Shown one piece after another: positions 27,660 through 36,837 of a DNA stretch of 57,640 nucleotides. The first letter of the stretch is position 1; each line of letters begins with the position of its first letter. The stretch covers positions 1 to 57,640 of IMG/VR virus record IMGVR_UViG_3300035703_000108, one strand, 5' to 3'. Under the pieces are notes generated by a model that was not told the origin of the DNA, did no database searches, and worked only from the letters and a program-made list of their open reading frames with translations. A program made the position numbers and the translations under genes. This stretch comes from a virus. Lineage: Duplodnaviria > Caudoviricetes.

Positions 27660-28586
27660 TTAGCGAGCCGAACCGGTGTCGTAAGCCTGATAAGCCCGAA
27701 GCATACGATTGCGTTTTTCAACGTCATCCCATGCTCCAGCCTCTATCATAGCTTGCTTCCGTTCGGGTGTCACGTAAATTTCTTTCTTGGTGCTGACGGG
27801 GGCGTGCTCACGCGTCCGGCCAGTGGGCGGTGCCTTGCGCTTTGGCTTGGCGGCGACGGCTTCCTCACCGTCCCCGATGGCCTCAGCGACACGGGCGGTC
27901 AGCTCCTCCCAGTAGTCCCGCGACGCAGGGTCGTAGCCCTCAGCCGCCAGCTCGTTGTCGATGGCCTTGGTCACCGCGCTGTCGCGGTCACGGCCCGTCG
28001 GGTCGTACCACGGGTTGGCGTCCATCCACTGCTTGGCGAAGCTGACCACGTTCGGGTCAACCTGCGGCTGCGTGGCCTGCTTGCGCTGGGCCTCGAACTG
28101 CTGCGCGGCAGCGTTGAGCTGGTACGCCTCGTCCTTGGCCTGATCGCGGATGCGCATCGCTGCGACGACGTCCTCGCCGTTACCGGCCTCGGTCGCCTTG
28201 GCGATGATCATCTCGGCCTGCTGGATCTCGCGCTGCTTGGCGGCGATGCGCTGTTGCAGTGTCTGAGCGTTGGCGTCCTGCGTGTGCCCCTCGATGTTGG
28301 CGAGGCGTTGCAGCATCTCCGCGTTCTGCCGCTCGAGCAACTGGATCTTCCGCTCGGCGGCTTCCTTGGCCCGGCGCTGCATGTCGCGGCGCTTCTTGCG
28401 GCGATCGCGGTTGGACTTCGAGCCCGACGTAATGTCGTCCTCGCTGTCATCCTCGCTGTCGGCGAGACGTTCGTCCTCGCCATCATCATCGTCGCTGTCA
28501 TCGGCCTCGTCGGTGTCGGCCTCAATCGGCTCCTCGACGGGGATCAGCTCTTCTTCGTCAGTCTCAGTAATCTTGTTGTCGGTCAT
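27660..28586 (-). CDS. Capsid scaffolding protein (308 aa)
   Basis: Acidic N-terminus, long coiled coil, WMDANPWY; position in the head module. Confidence 0.7.
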   Translation of the reverse strand: MTDNKITETDEEELIPVEEPIEADTDEADDSDDDDGEDERLADSEDDSEDDITSGSKSNRDRRKKRRDMQRRAKEAAERKIQLLERQNAEMLQRLANIEGHTQDANAQTLQQRIAAKQREIQQAEMIIAKATEAGNGEDVVAAMRIRDQAKDEAYQLNAAAQQFEAQRKQATQPQVDPNVVSFAKQWMDANPWYDPTGRDRDSAVTKAIDNELAAEGYDPASRDYWEELTARVAEAIGDGEEAVAAKPKRKAPPTGRTREHAPVSTKKEIYVTPERKQAMIEAGAWDDVEKRNRMLRAYQAYDTGSAR

Positions 28587-28614
28587 GACCAGCTCCCTTT
28601 TGTAGCTTTATCGA

Positions 28615-29043
28615 TCAGATGAAGGCTTTGATGGTGAGCGGGTCGCCCGTCACCTTGCCTACCAGATCGAGGTCGTTGAAAATTACAAGTAGGGCTTCGT
28701 CTTCCCCGCTTGCGGTTTTGACAGTCCAACGGTCGCCGCCGTACTTGGGCACGCGCACGAATTCACCCGGCTCGCACCAGCTTCCTTCGGGCCACGGTTC
28801 CATGGTCGTGCGGTTCTTGAAGGCCAACTCGCCGACCGCCACCACTTTGGCGATCTGCGTGTTCCACGCGTCTGTCTCGCGTGTCTCCGTGGTCAGGATG
28901 ATCCCGCCCTTGGTCTTGTTCTTCGGCGTGCGGATCTGCACCAGCACACGGCTGCCGAAGGGGTGGATACCCGGATCGCAAGGCGGGAACGCCTCGTCGA
29001 TGTCGGCGTAGCCGAATTCTACTTTGTTCGCGAGTTCCTGCAT
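28615..29043 (-). CDS. groES: GroES-like co-chaperonin (142 aa)
   Basis: PFGSRVLV...KTKGGIIL...KVVAVG...KYGG...IFNDLDLVG. Confidence 0.9.
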   Translation of the reverse strand: MQELANKVEFGYADIDEAFPPCDPGIHPFGSRVLVQIRTPKNKTKGGIILTTETRETDAWNTQIAKVVAVGELAFKNRTTMEPWPEGSWCEPGEFVRVPKYGGDRWTVKTASGEDEALLVIFNDLDLVGKVTGDPLTIKAFI

Positions 29044-29065
29044 CAGTCGCTCCTATTTTGCAGGG

Positions 29066-29260
29066 TTAGAGGTTGAAGTCCTTCCGCTCTTTCTCGTCGA
29101 TGAGTTCAAGCAGAACGGTCTTCGCCCGTTCTAGGCCAGCGTGTATCCCGACGGCCCGCCCGTAGGCGAACGCGTCGCGACCGGCTGGCTTCTCCATCGC
29201 CTCACGAGCAAGCTGCGCCTGCTCTGCCTCCAGACGTTGGAGAAACCATTCGATCTTCAC
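29066..29260 (-). CDS. Hypothetical protein (64 aa)
   Basis: Helical ORF upstream of groES. Confidence 0.6.
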   Translation of the reverse strand: MKIEWFLQRLEAEQAQLAREAMEKPAGRDAFAYGRAVGIHAGLERAKTVLLELIDEKERKDFNL

Positions 29261-29394
29261 GCAGGGGTCTTCTTGCCGCTGACTTCAACCTTGGGCTTGT
29301 GGCCCATCTTCATCAGCTTGTGCATGTTGGTGTTCTGTGCGGTCATCTTGGGCACACCGCCCTTGGACAGCGAGGCATCGTTCTTGTGCTTCAT
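29257..29394 (-). CDS. Small basic protein (45 aa, MKHKNDASLSKGG...)
   Basis: Read by eye; AAGGAG RBS; stop overlaps the next start. Confidence 0.55.
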   Translation of the reverse strand: MKHKNDASLSKGGVPKMTAQNTNMHKLMKMGHKPKVEVSGKKTPA

Positions 29395-29399
29395 GGTCT

Positions 29400-29621
29400 T
29401 CACTCCTTCCACGTAATGGCCTTGACGGCCCACATCTGCGCAGTCTGCGCTTCGGTTATAGCCACGGAGGCCATGCGCTTAACTTCTGGTCTGGGATCGC
29501 TTTCGCGGAGCGCAGCCATCTGGTCGATCACGTCTGCAAACATCTGTTTGCAGTGCGCGACTTCGTCGTCTCCGCTGGGATTAAAGCTGAGGCCCACGGC
29601 CTTCTGCCCGTACGTAAGCAT
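29400..29621 (-). CDS. Acb2/Tad1-like helical hairpin protein (putative signalling-nucleotide sponge, 73 aa)
   Basis: FNPSG...K..FA.VID...RMASVAITEAQTAQMWAVKAIT pattern recalled for this family. Confidence 0.55.
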   Translation of the reverse strand: MLTYGQKAVGLSFNPSGDDEVAHCKQMFADVIDQMAALRESDPRPEVKRMASVAITEAQTAQMWAVKAITWKE

Positions 29622-29633
29622 GTGTCTGTCTCC

Positions 29634-32180
29634 TTATGGGTTGGGGTTGATGCCCGTGCCGGTGGACACGGCTACGCGCTCCCCGGACGCGATCTCGGCG
29701 GCGGCCAGTTCCATGGCCGTGCGGTTGTCGTCGGTGTTCATGGCGATGCGCGCTTGCAGTTCGGCGGCCTTGCGGGCGTCCTCGGCCTGCTGCTTCTGCA
29801 CCTCCATCTGCACGCGGACCTGCATCTCCTGCGCATCCTGCTGGAGCTTGGCGGCCTCGAGCTGCATGTCGGCCTGCGTCTGCTGCTGGTCGATCTGAAG
29901 CTTGGCCTGCTCCATCTGCGCGTCCTGCTGCATCTGCTGCGTCTGAAGCTGAAGCTTCTGGCCCTCGATGGCGAGACGCGGATCTTGCATCTGCTGCGGC
30001 TGCATCGACTGGAGGAGCTGCTGCGCCTGCTGGATCACCGGCGGCAGCGCGTCGAAGACCGCAGCACCCTGCTCGATGACCATGGTCGATGCCTCGGCCA
30101 GCATCTGGTCGAGGGCACGGCGTGCGTCGTTGTCCTTGCCGATCTCCTTCATGGCCTCGGCCACGTCCTCGCCCAGCGCCTCGCTGGCGATGCGCACGGT
30201 CGCGGCGACGTACCACAGGGTGACGTGCTCCTTGAGGTGGTTCAGCATCACCGGCAGGTAGGCCGGTGCGATCATCGGGTTCATACCGAAGGCGGGCGAC
30301 GTCATGTACGCGAGGTGCGTCTTGAGGTGCGCGATGTGATCCTGCTCTGGGAAGGCCGTGATCGGGCGCCCGAGCGATGCGGCTGCGTTCTCGTTCACCG
30401 CGTTCTGCTCGCGCGGCTCGACGGGCGGGTTGAGCAGCTCCTTGGCGTTGGGCACCTTGAGCGTATCAAGCAGACGCTCCTCGACCTTGCGCAGGTTGTA
30501 GAGCTGCGGCAGCGCGGCGGCGCGCTGGGCCACGGCCTGCACCTGCGCGTAGCGTTGCGCCTCGCTGAAGATGTTCGGGTCGCTGACCGGCACGACGTCG
30601 AGCACACCGTCGAAGTCACTGCGCCGCGCGAGCATCTCGCCCGCCTCCTCGGCCAGCACCTCGTCGTCGAGGTACATACCGTTGAGCCGGTCGAGGACGC
30701 GCAGCATACGCGCCATCGCGTCGTGCATACGTGCGTGAATTGACGAGTAGACGACCGCGCCCTGCTCAAGCTTGGCGAGGGTGGTGCCGACCGGTGCGTT
30801 GGGGTTGCCGTCGGCGATGTCTTCCATCGACGTGCGCACGACGCCCTTGCCCGCTTCCACGAGGAAGCCGAGCAGGCTGAACAGCACGGGGCTGGGCGGG
30901 TTGTACGGCAGGGGCATCGCCAGCTTGCGCACGTCATCGACGTTCAGGCCGCCTTCGATCTCCTCGACCTGCCCCGGCTGGATGGTCAGCGACTGGCCGC
31001 CAGCCGTGCCGCCCTTGAGCTTGAGCATGGTCTGGCTGTTGCTGATGTGCGCCGCGTCGAGCAGAGCGCGCAGAGCGCCGGTGGCCGCGCCGCTCAGGCC
31101 GCCGATCATGTGCGGCAGGCCGATGGGGTAAGCGCCGCGCCACGGGATGAAGGGGAACTCGACGAACCATTGCAGCTCTTCGAGGCTGTCGTCGTCCTCT
31201 TCCCAGTTGCGATAAATCGCAAGTACCTTGCTGGACGACTTGTCGATCGAGACGATGTACGGCGCCGCGCCGGTGTCCTCTACGTCGGCAATGACGTAGG
31301 TTTCGAAGACGATGCGCAGGCCGTCTTCGTTGTAGCTGGTCGCGTCGCGGCCTTCGATCTTGTCGTTCGCCTGACCGGCGACAGACTGCTCCGGCTCCAT
31401 GCTCACCGGCGCGAGGTCCACGTCGCGATACATGCCAGATTTTACACGTTCCTCGTAGTCGAGCTGCGTGAGGTACTGCACGTGCGTCTTGCGCTGCGCG
31501 GTGTAGAAGTTGGTCGCCGCGAAGGGCAGGTACATGTCGTCGATCGGCACGAACAGGAACGACGGGCGGTTGCGCCGCTCGTCCCAGCCCAGCTTCATGA
31601 ACTGCGCGCCGCCCAGCGGCACCTGCGTCATGAGCTGCTCCAGCTCCGCACGCACCTCGGGGCACTGCACGGTCATCTGCCAGTTCAGCAGCTCGGTCTT
31701 GCGCTTGGCCTTGTCGATCTTCTCGGCGGTCTGCTCGCCAGCGATGTTGTCCTTGGCCGGGCCGCCGGTGGGGAAGATCTCCTTCATCGACCGTGCGGCG
31801 AAGTCCACGCAGGCTTCGGTCAGCAGCGGGTGCACCACCTTCGACGCGCCTTGGAAGTCCGCGCCGCCGGGGGCGTCGTCGCCCAGACCTGTGCGGCGGA
31901 TGCCTTCCTCGTACTGCTCGTCGCGCTTCTTGCGCGCTTCCTTGTCCTTGCTGATCAGTTCGAGCATGCGGCTGGCTAGTTTCGCCAGATCCGGCTCGGG
32001 CATGGTCTCGGCGAGGTTGGCGTAGAAGTCGCCGGTGCCGTCGGGCAGCAGGTCGCTGTCGTCGTCGAGCGTGACGATCGCGCCGCCGTCCTCGGTGTCC
32101 TCGACGCTGTCATCGAGCACGTCAACGGCAATCATCTCGCCTTCGGGCAGCTCGTCTTCGTCCATCTGCATGTCCTTCAC
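29634..32180 (-). CDS. Portal protein with long C-terminal coiled coil (848 aa)
   Basis: Follows the large terminase; HPLLTEACVDFAAR, PVSDPNIFS motifs; Gln-rich barrel-like tail as in P22-type portals. Confidence 0.85.
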   Translation of the reverse strand: MKDMQMDEDELPEGEMIAVDVLDDSVEDTEDGGAIVTLDDDSDLLPDGTGDFYANLAETMPEPDLAKLASRMLELISKDKEARKKRDEQYEEGIRRTGLGDDAPGGADFQGASKVVHPLLTEACVDFAARSMKEIFPTGGPAKDNIAGEQTAEKIDKAKRKTELLNWQMTVQCPEVRAELEQLMTQVPLGGAQFMKLGWDERRNRPSFLFVPIDDMYLPFAATNFYTAQRKTHVQYLTQLDYEERVKSGMYRDVDLAPVSMEPEQSVAGQANDKIEGRDATSYNEDGLRIVFETYVIADVEDTGAAPYIVSIDKSSSKVLAIYRNWEEDDDSLEELQWFVEFPFIPWRGAYPIGLPHMIGGLSGAATGALRALLDAAHISNSQTMLKLKGGTAGGQSLTIQPGQVEEIEGGLNVDDVRKLAMPLPYNPPSPVLFSLLGFLVEAGKGVVRTSMEDIADGNPNAPVGTTLAKLEQGAVVYSSIHARMHDAMARMLRVLDRLNGMYLDDEVLAEEAGEMLARRSDFDGVLDVVPVSDPNIFSEAQRYAQVQAVAQRAAALPQLYNLRKVEERLLDTLKVPNAKELLNPPVEPREQNAVNENAAASLGRPITAFPEQDHIAHLKTHLAYMTSPAFGMNPMIAPAYLPVMLNHLKEHVTLWYVAATVRIASEALGEDVAEAMKEIGKDNDARRALDQMLAEASTMVIEQGAAVFDALPPVIQQAQQLLQSMQPQQMQDPRLAIEGQKLQLQTQQMQQDAQMEQAKLQIDQQQTQADMQLEAAKLQQDAQEMQVRVQMEVQKQQAEDARKAAELQARIAMNTDDNRTAMELAAAEIASGERVAVSTGTGINPNP

Positions 32181-33640
32181 GCGGCGTAGGGGTTAGCTAC
32201 GACTTTTGGCGGCGGGCGATCACCAGCCGCAGGTTTCTTGTCTTTTAGCACCGACACCAGCCCCTTGTCTACGCACAGCCTGACGCACTGCGTCATCGCG
32301 TCCACGTAGTCGTCGTGCTTGATGCTGCCGGGGCCGGTGAACGCGCAGAGCTGCGCCAGCATCGGCTCGACCCACGTGCGCGGCCTGCCGGGGTGCTTGT
32401 CGCTCTCAGGCAGCCAGACGCGCTTGCGGGCGAAGATGTGGCTGACCATGTGCAGGCGGCTCAGCTTGTCGGAGCGACCGGGGTTGTAGGCATAGGCGAG
32501 GATGCCCTCGCGCTCGAGCATCTGGCGCAGACTGATGCCACTGCCCTTGTCCTCGATCAGACACAGGTCGGGCTTGCGCCCTGACGTGCGCGGCTTGTCG
32601 CTGCCGAACATGGGCTTGATCAGCGCCACGTCCTGATCGTCGCCGTAGGCTACGTTCAGCTCGCGCTTCACGCGCTTGATCAGGTCGGGCATGCCCATCT
32701 GCTCCGACCAGCAGTCCAGCACGATGAGGTGCTTGTGCCCCTCGCGGTCGGTGAAGCTGCCCATCACGACGCACGCCGTGCTGTCGGGGTCGCCCTTCTT
32801 CTTGTCGTACGTCGCCTCGGTGAAGGCGGTGTCGAGCGACAGGACGATGAAGTCGAGGACGGGCAGCGGCTTCTTTGCGGGCCACATGCGGAAGTCGCTG
32901 CGCTTGACGATGCCGCTCTCTTCTGGATCGATCAGCTCGCCGTACAGCTCCTGCCTGCCGATCGTCGTGCCTTCGTACTGCTCGAGCTGCTTGAAGAACG
33001 CGTCGGGCAGGTTGGCCTTGTTGTCGAAGGTCGAGCCGCGCACGATCACGCGCTTGTCCTGCGGCTGGCTCAGCTTGCGGATCAGTTCCTTGGGCTTGGG
33101 CGTGGTGGTCCACAGCACCTGCGGATCTTTGCCGAGGCGCATGCCCATCATCGCCATGTCCCACGTGTCTTCGTCGTAGGCCCACGCCGCCAGCTCGTCG
33201 AACCAGCCGCGCGTGTGCTGCGGCCCGCGCAGACGTTCGGGCTTCTCGGCAGTGAAGCCGCGTATGGTGCTGACGCCGCCCACTATGTTGTGGATGCGGA
33301 TGAACAGGTCTGACTTGTTGTATTCTACCACCAGCTCGGGCGGCAGCACACTGAGGATGCCGCTCTCACCCTCGAAGCAGGTGAACTTGACGTCGCTGTA
33401 TGTGGGCGCGATCACGCAGCTATCGAAGCCGCTCGGGTCTTCGTAGGCTGCGCGCGTGATCCACTCCGCGCCGACGCGCGTCTTGCCGAAGCCGCGCCCG
33501 GCCAGATACCCGCACTCCGTCCAGTCGGTCTTGGGCACGATCTGGTTGGGGCGCGCGGTGTCCTGCCAACGCTGCTGCCAGCGCAGGTGCGTGCGTTGCT
33601 CGGGGCTGAGCTTTTCGAGGAGGGCGGCGACGTCGGTCAC
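32177..33640 (-). CDS. terL: Terminase large subunit (487 aa)
   Basis: Walker A AGRGFGKT, LRGPQ, Walker B WFDELAAW, TTTPK, nuclease SLDTA and HDDYVDA; GTG start at 33640. Confidence 0.95.
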   Translation of the reverse strand: MTDVAALLEKLSPEQRTHLRWQQRWQDTARPNQIVPKTDWTECGYLAGRGFGKTRVGAEWITRAAYEDPSGFDSCVIAPTYSDVKFTCFEGESGILSVLPPELVVEYNKSDLFIRIHNIVGGVSTIRGFTAEKPERLRGPQHTRGWFDELAAWAYDEDTWDMAMMGMRLGKDPQVLWTTTPKPKELIRKLSQPQDKRVIVRGSTFDNKANLPDAFFKQLEQYEGTTIGRQELYGELIDPEESGIVKRSDFRMWPAKKPLPVLDFIVLSLDTAFTEATYDKKKGDPDSTACVVMGSFTDREGHKHLIVLDCWSEQMGMPDLIKRVKRELNVAYGDDQDVALIKPMFGSDKPRTSGRKPDLCLIEDKGSGISLRQMLEREGILAYAYNPGRSDKLSRLHMVSHIFARKRVWLPESDKHPGRPRTWVEPMLAQLCAFTGPGSIKHDDYVDAMTQCVRLCVDKGLVSVLKDKKPAAGDRPPPKVVANPYAA

Positions 33641-33644
33641 GCGG

Positions 33645-33824
33645 TCAGCGCGAGCCTTCGCGGTAGAGCGTGAGCGTCTCGCGCAGGGCTGCGTTCGCAC
33701 GGCGGATGCCGTCGTAGCGATCGGCGCTGTCGCGCAGGGCGCGCTCGAGGTTCTCGATGTCGCGGTTGGCGCGGTCGAGCTGCGCCTGCAATTCACGCGC
33801 GCGGCGCCACGGGTTCCAGATCAC
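33645..33824 (-). CDS. Coiled-coil protein between the terminase genes (59 aa)
   Basis: GTG overlaps the terS stop codon. Confidence 0.55.
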   Translation of the reverse strand: MIWNPWRRARELQAQLDRANRDIENLERALRDSADRYDGIRRANAALRETLTLYREGSR

Positions 33825-34318
33825 TTGTCGAGATCCTTCATGCCTGCAACGCGCAACGCCTCGGCAAGTTGCAGGGCGAGGGCTGCGTTGTCTGCGTTGC
33901 TCTCGATCTTGAGCGCCTCGCCGTCCTTGTTGCCGACTTCGACCTGCTGCTTGTCGCCGTACTTCTTCGGGTGCCACTTCGCCAGCAGCTTGAGGCGAAG
34001 CTCCGCGCGGTTCTTTGCCCACGCAACACCGGCGCTGTCGATGCGCGATGTTGACTTGTTGCCTTCCTCGTCGATCTGCACCACGCGCTCGGGCTCTTCG
34101 TCGATGATGCGCAGCACGTCGTCGGCTATGACGTCAGCACCGACGTCGCGTGCCTGCGCGTACGCGAGAGCCAAGTCTTCGTCTTCGCGCACCCAAAAGT
34201 TCCACGACACCGGATGGAAATTCAGCTCACGGCCAAGCGACGCCAGCGTCTCGCCCTGAGCGATACGCGACAGCACTTCGTCGATGAGCTTGGGGGTCTT
34301 CTTCGCCGGGTACGGCAT
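33821..34318 (-). CDS. terS: Terminase small subunit (Sf6 gp1-like, 165 aa)
   Basis: IAQGETL HTH, YAQAR...ADD...IID, LLAKWHPKKYGDK; upstream of terL. Confidence 0.85.
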   Translation of the reverse strand: MPYPAKKTPKLIDEVLSRIAQGETLASLGRELNFHPVSWNFWVREDEDLALAYAQARDVGADVIADDVLRIIDEEPERVVQIDEEGNKSTSRIDSAGVAWAKNRAELRLKLLAKWHPKKYGDKQQVEVGNKDGEALKIESNADNAALALQLAEALRVAGMKDLDK

Positions 34319-34391
34319 CTGCATGCTCCGCTTCTTGGCAGGACTACCAGTTCGAGGCACAGGTAACATCGGCAGTACCGATGCGCAAGCC

Positions 34392-34985
34392 TCACAGCGT
34401 CACAACGCCTCCCCGCGTCACAACCCGGCCAGCATCGGCGAGCGATATGAGGGCACGCACGACGCGCTGCCTGCGTGTGTCTCGCTGACCAGCAGGGGTG
34501 GCGGGCAAGAGATCGATGGCGTGCGAGATCACGTGCTCAACGCCGATCTGATCGGCCACGAGTGCCATCGCCTGCATCGCCTCAAGGACAGCCTGCTCGT
34601 TCGCACCGATGCGCAGCGCGGGCTTAGGCTTGGCCTTGGGCTCCTTCGGAACACGCTGCGCGATCTGCTCGCTCGTCTTCCACGCATCGGCCATCGGCGT
34701 GCTGAAGCCATACCTGTGCGAGGGGCAGCAGCGCACAAGGTGCGGCGTAGCCATCCACTGGTGCACCTCCTTCGTGGTGATCAGATACTCCTCGCAATCA
34801 TCCACAGCGCACCGCGCCTCAAGATCCACGAACAGTTTGAACTTGCCCCTGTGCTTGAACGGCCTCACCGCGACAGCCTCATAGGCCTGCTCGATGTCCG
34901 GCAGGACGAACCGATCGCCGACCACCCAGCGCCCAGCCTTGTGATCCTCAATGAACGCCTTCACCTCATCTGCATTGGTCCACAT
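34392..34985 (-). CDS. Protein with a C-terminal winged-helix-like domain paralogous to the primase-helicase C-terminus (197 aa)
   Basis: AAGGAG RBS; shares G.RDTRRQ..VRAL..L...GG with 44735..46756. Confidence 0.75.
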   Translation of the reverse strand: MWTNADEVKAFIEDHKAGRWVVGDRFVLPDIEQAYEAVAVRPFKHRGKFKLFVDLEARCAVDDCEEYLITTKEVHQWMATPHLVRCCPSHRYGFSTPMADAWKTSEQIAQRVPKEPKAKPKPALRIGANEQAVLEAMQAMALVADQIGVEHVISHAIDLLPATPAGQRDTRRQRVVRALISLADAGRVVTRGGVVTL

Positions 34986-35035
34986 CGCTTCCGTCTCCTT
35001 TTGTACGAAGGGTCACCCTATGCCACAGGCACCAC

Positions 35036-35191
35036 GCAACTGCAACACCTCAACCCTACAACTCTTTACTTGCAACTTGCACCATGACAGCAGCAACTTG
35101 GAAAAAAAGGTTAAGTGCTGCTGCATGGTGCGCGTTGCAGTTTGCACCATGCAACTCAACGCAACGTGTTGCTTCAAGTTGCAGATGTTGC
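35036..35191. repeat. Cluster of GCAAC/GTTGC repeats around an A-rich core (putative origin or regulatory hub)
   Basis: Ten GCAAC/GTTGC copies in 156 bp of the divergent intergenic region; inverted repeat TGCATGGTGC/GCACCATGCA. Confidence 0.6.
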
Positions 35192-35219
35192 AGCCCAAAC
35201 CTACGTAGAAACCGAAGCA

Positions 35220-35306
35220 CGTAAAAAATTACAGATAGTGCTTGCAACGTCCAGTTACATGTGAGAGAAGGGCTCATCAGAAACGCACACAGGAGACAAC
35301 GACATG
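35220..35306 (+). promoter_or_regulatory. Early promoter-leader, copy 1
   Basis: TTGCAA-N7-TTACA-N14-TCATCAG...CAGGAG; near-identical to 36476-36561. Confidence 0.8.
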
Positions 35307-35603
35307 AACATCATCGACAACCTGATCGCCCGCATCGAGGATTACCGCGCCACCAACAAGCAGCCCTGCAAGAACTACGCGACGAAGGAAGCTGCTGAGA
35401 AGGCGACCGCCAAGATGGCCCAGCGCGCTGCCACCTACTTCGACGTGCAGAACCGCGATGACGCGCCGTCGGCCAACTACGTCGTCTTCTTCAACGAAGC
35501 GTGGGGCCGCTGGGTTGGCGCGATCGACCTGACCGACCTGCTGCGCCGCAAGAACAGCACCGGTGGCTACCTCGGCTTCTGCACCGGCTTCTTCACCTAC
35601 TGA
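35304..35603 (+). CDS. Early hypothetical protein (99 aa)
   Basis: CAGGAG RBS; coding-like codon usage. Confidence 0.8.
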   Translation: MNIIDNLIARIEDYRATNKQPCKNYATKEAAEKATAKMAQRAATYFDVQNRDDAPSANYVVFFNEAWGRWVGAIDLTDLLRRKNSTGGYLGFCTGFFTY

Positions 35604-35688
35604 TCAACCGGCGGGGCAGGGTAGGGCGATCCACCACCTGCTTAAACAAGATGGAGCCAATTCGGCCCGCCAACAAGGAGACACCGAC

Positions 35689-35961
35689 ATGACCATCCGC
35701 CCAGACTACAACAGCCCCAAGCCGCTGGCCTACGTCAACAAGGTCATCCGCGACTACCACCGCCTGCCCGTGGAGCTGGTGCGCCTCCCGAAGGGTCAGC
35801 ACACCCTCGTCTACTGGCAGCCGCACCTCGACATCTATGAGGAGGCGACCTTCCCGTTCCCGCACACCAACGCTCTGCTGCTGGGCGAGTGGGTGCGCTA
35901 CGCCATCGGCTTCGCACAGGCCGTGCGCGGCCAGCACGGCATCACTGGGCTGGAGGACTGA
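35689..35961 (+). CDS. Early hypothetical protein (90 aa)
   Basis: AAGGAG RBS before ATG 35689. Confidence 0.75.
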   Translation: MTIRPDYNSPKPLAYVNKVIRDYHRLPVELVRLPKGQHTLVYWQPHLDIYEEATFPFPHTNALLLGEWVRYAIGFAQAVRGQHGITGLED

Positions 35962-35964
35962 GCC

Positions 35965-36180
35965 ATGACATTGGAAGATGCACTGGGCCGCCCAATCGAG
36001 ACGATCGAGGACGCCGTCCTCGCCCGAGCGATGTTCGCCTACGTCAAGCACGACTGGGTGCCTTACGGCTATGCCGACGTGGACACCGCCGCACAGGCGG
36101 ACATCGACGGCATGAGCAACACCCAGTTCCTCGTCGCGCTGGCGATGGGCTTTGAAGACTTGAAGGGGGCAACGCCATGA
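35965..36180 (+). CDS. Early hypothetical protein (71 aa)
   Basis: GGAGG RBS. Confidence 0.7.
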   Translation: MTLEDALGRPIETIEDAVLARAMFAYVKHDWVPYGYADVDTAAQADIDGMSNTQFLVALAMGFEDLKGATP

Positions 36181-36458
36181 CCATCACAGCAGCCGAGGCG
36201 CGTGCGCGCATGCTCGCCAAGAAGGCGCGGAAGGTTCCCGCCGGTCTGGCTAAGTCGAACATCGAGCGCGCAGCAAAGGCCGACAGGCGGGCGCGGGTGT
36301 ACATCGAACGTTGGATGGACGGCGAGACGCATCAGCAGATCGCAGACAGCGAGGGGCTTAAGCTCGCCACTGTGAGCCATGCCATCGAGGCATACCGCAG
36401 GCGCCACCCCGACGCGGGCGTGCCCAAGCGCAAGTCGCCCACCAAGCGCCCGAAGTAG
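36177..36458 (+). CDS. HTH DNA-binding protein (sigma region 4-like, 93 aa)
   Basis: GETHQQIADSEGLKLATVSHAI HTH pattern. Confidence 0.7.
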   Translation: MTITAAEARARMLAKKARKVPAGLAKSNIERAAKADRRARVYIERWMDGETHQQIADSEGLKLATVSHAIEAYRRRHPDAGVPKRKSPTKRPK

Positions 36459-36475
36459 GTATGAATACACATGCC

Positions 36476-36561
36476 GTAAAAAATTACAGATAGGGCTTGC
36501 AACGCCAAGTTACATATGAGAGAAGGGCTCATCAGCAACGCACACAGGAGACAACGACATG
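36476..36561 (+). promoter_or_regulatory. Early promoter-leader, copy 2 (upstream of the Cas7-like operon)
   Basis: Near-identical to 35220-35306. Confidence 0.8.
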
Positions 36562-36783
36562 CCCTCAGACCTTCGCCACATCGTCAACACGCAAGACGCG
36601 GGCTTCATCGACTGCTGGATCGAGGTAGCCGCCTTCCGTTGGTTCACCGACGCCAAGCACTACGCCATCCGCGCCAGCAAGACCGACCGCCTCGGACGTG
36701 TTTTCGTCATCGAGAACGACGGCACGCGACCGACGTACTTCCAGCGCGGCCACGAGATCGACGACCTCGCCGACGCCGCGTGA
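36559..36783 (+). CDS. Early hypothetical protein (74 aa)
   Basis: CAGGAG RBS. Confidence 0.7.
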   Translation: MPSDLRHIVNTQDAGFIDCWIEVAAFRWFTDAKHYAIRASKTDRLGRVFVIENDGTRPTYFQRGHEIDDLADAA

Positions 36784-36790
36784 CACCAAC

Positions 36791-36806
36791 GGGGGCTTCG
36801 GCCCCC
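36791..36806 (+). other. GGGGGC-TTCG-GCCCCC tetraloop hairpin
   Basis: Perfect 6-bp stem with C(UUCG)G loop and no U-tract, upstream of the Cas7-like gene. Confidence 0.7.
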
Positions 36807-36837
36807 ACCCACTATCAGCAACACAGGAGACAATGAT

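Noticed and set aside
36791-36806. Intrinsic terminator before the Cas7-like gene
   Set aside because: The hairpin lacks a U-tract on either strand; recorded only as a stable hairpin
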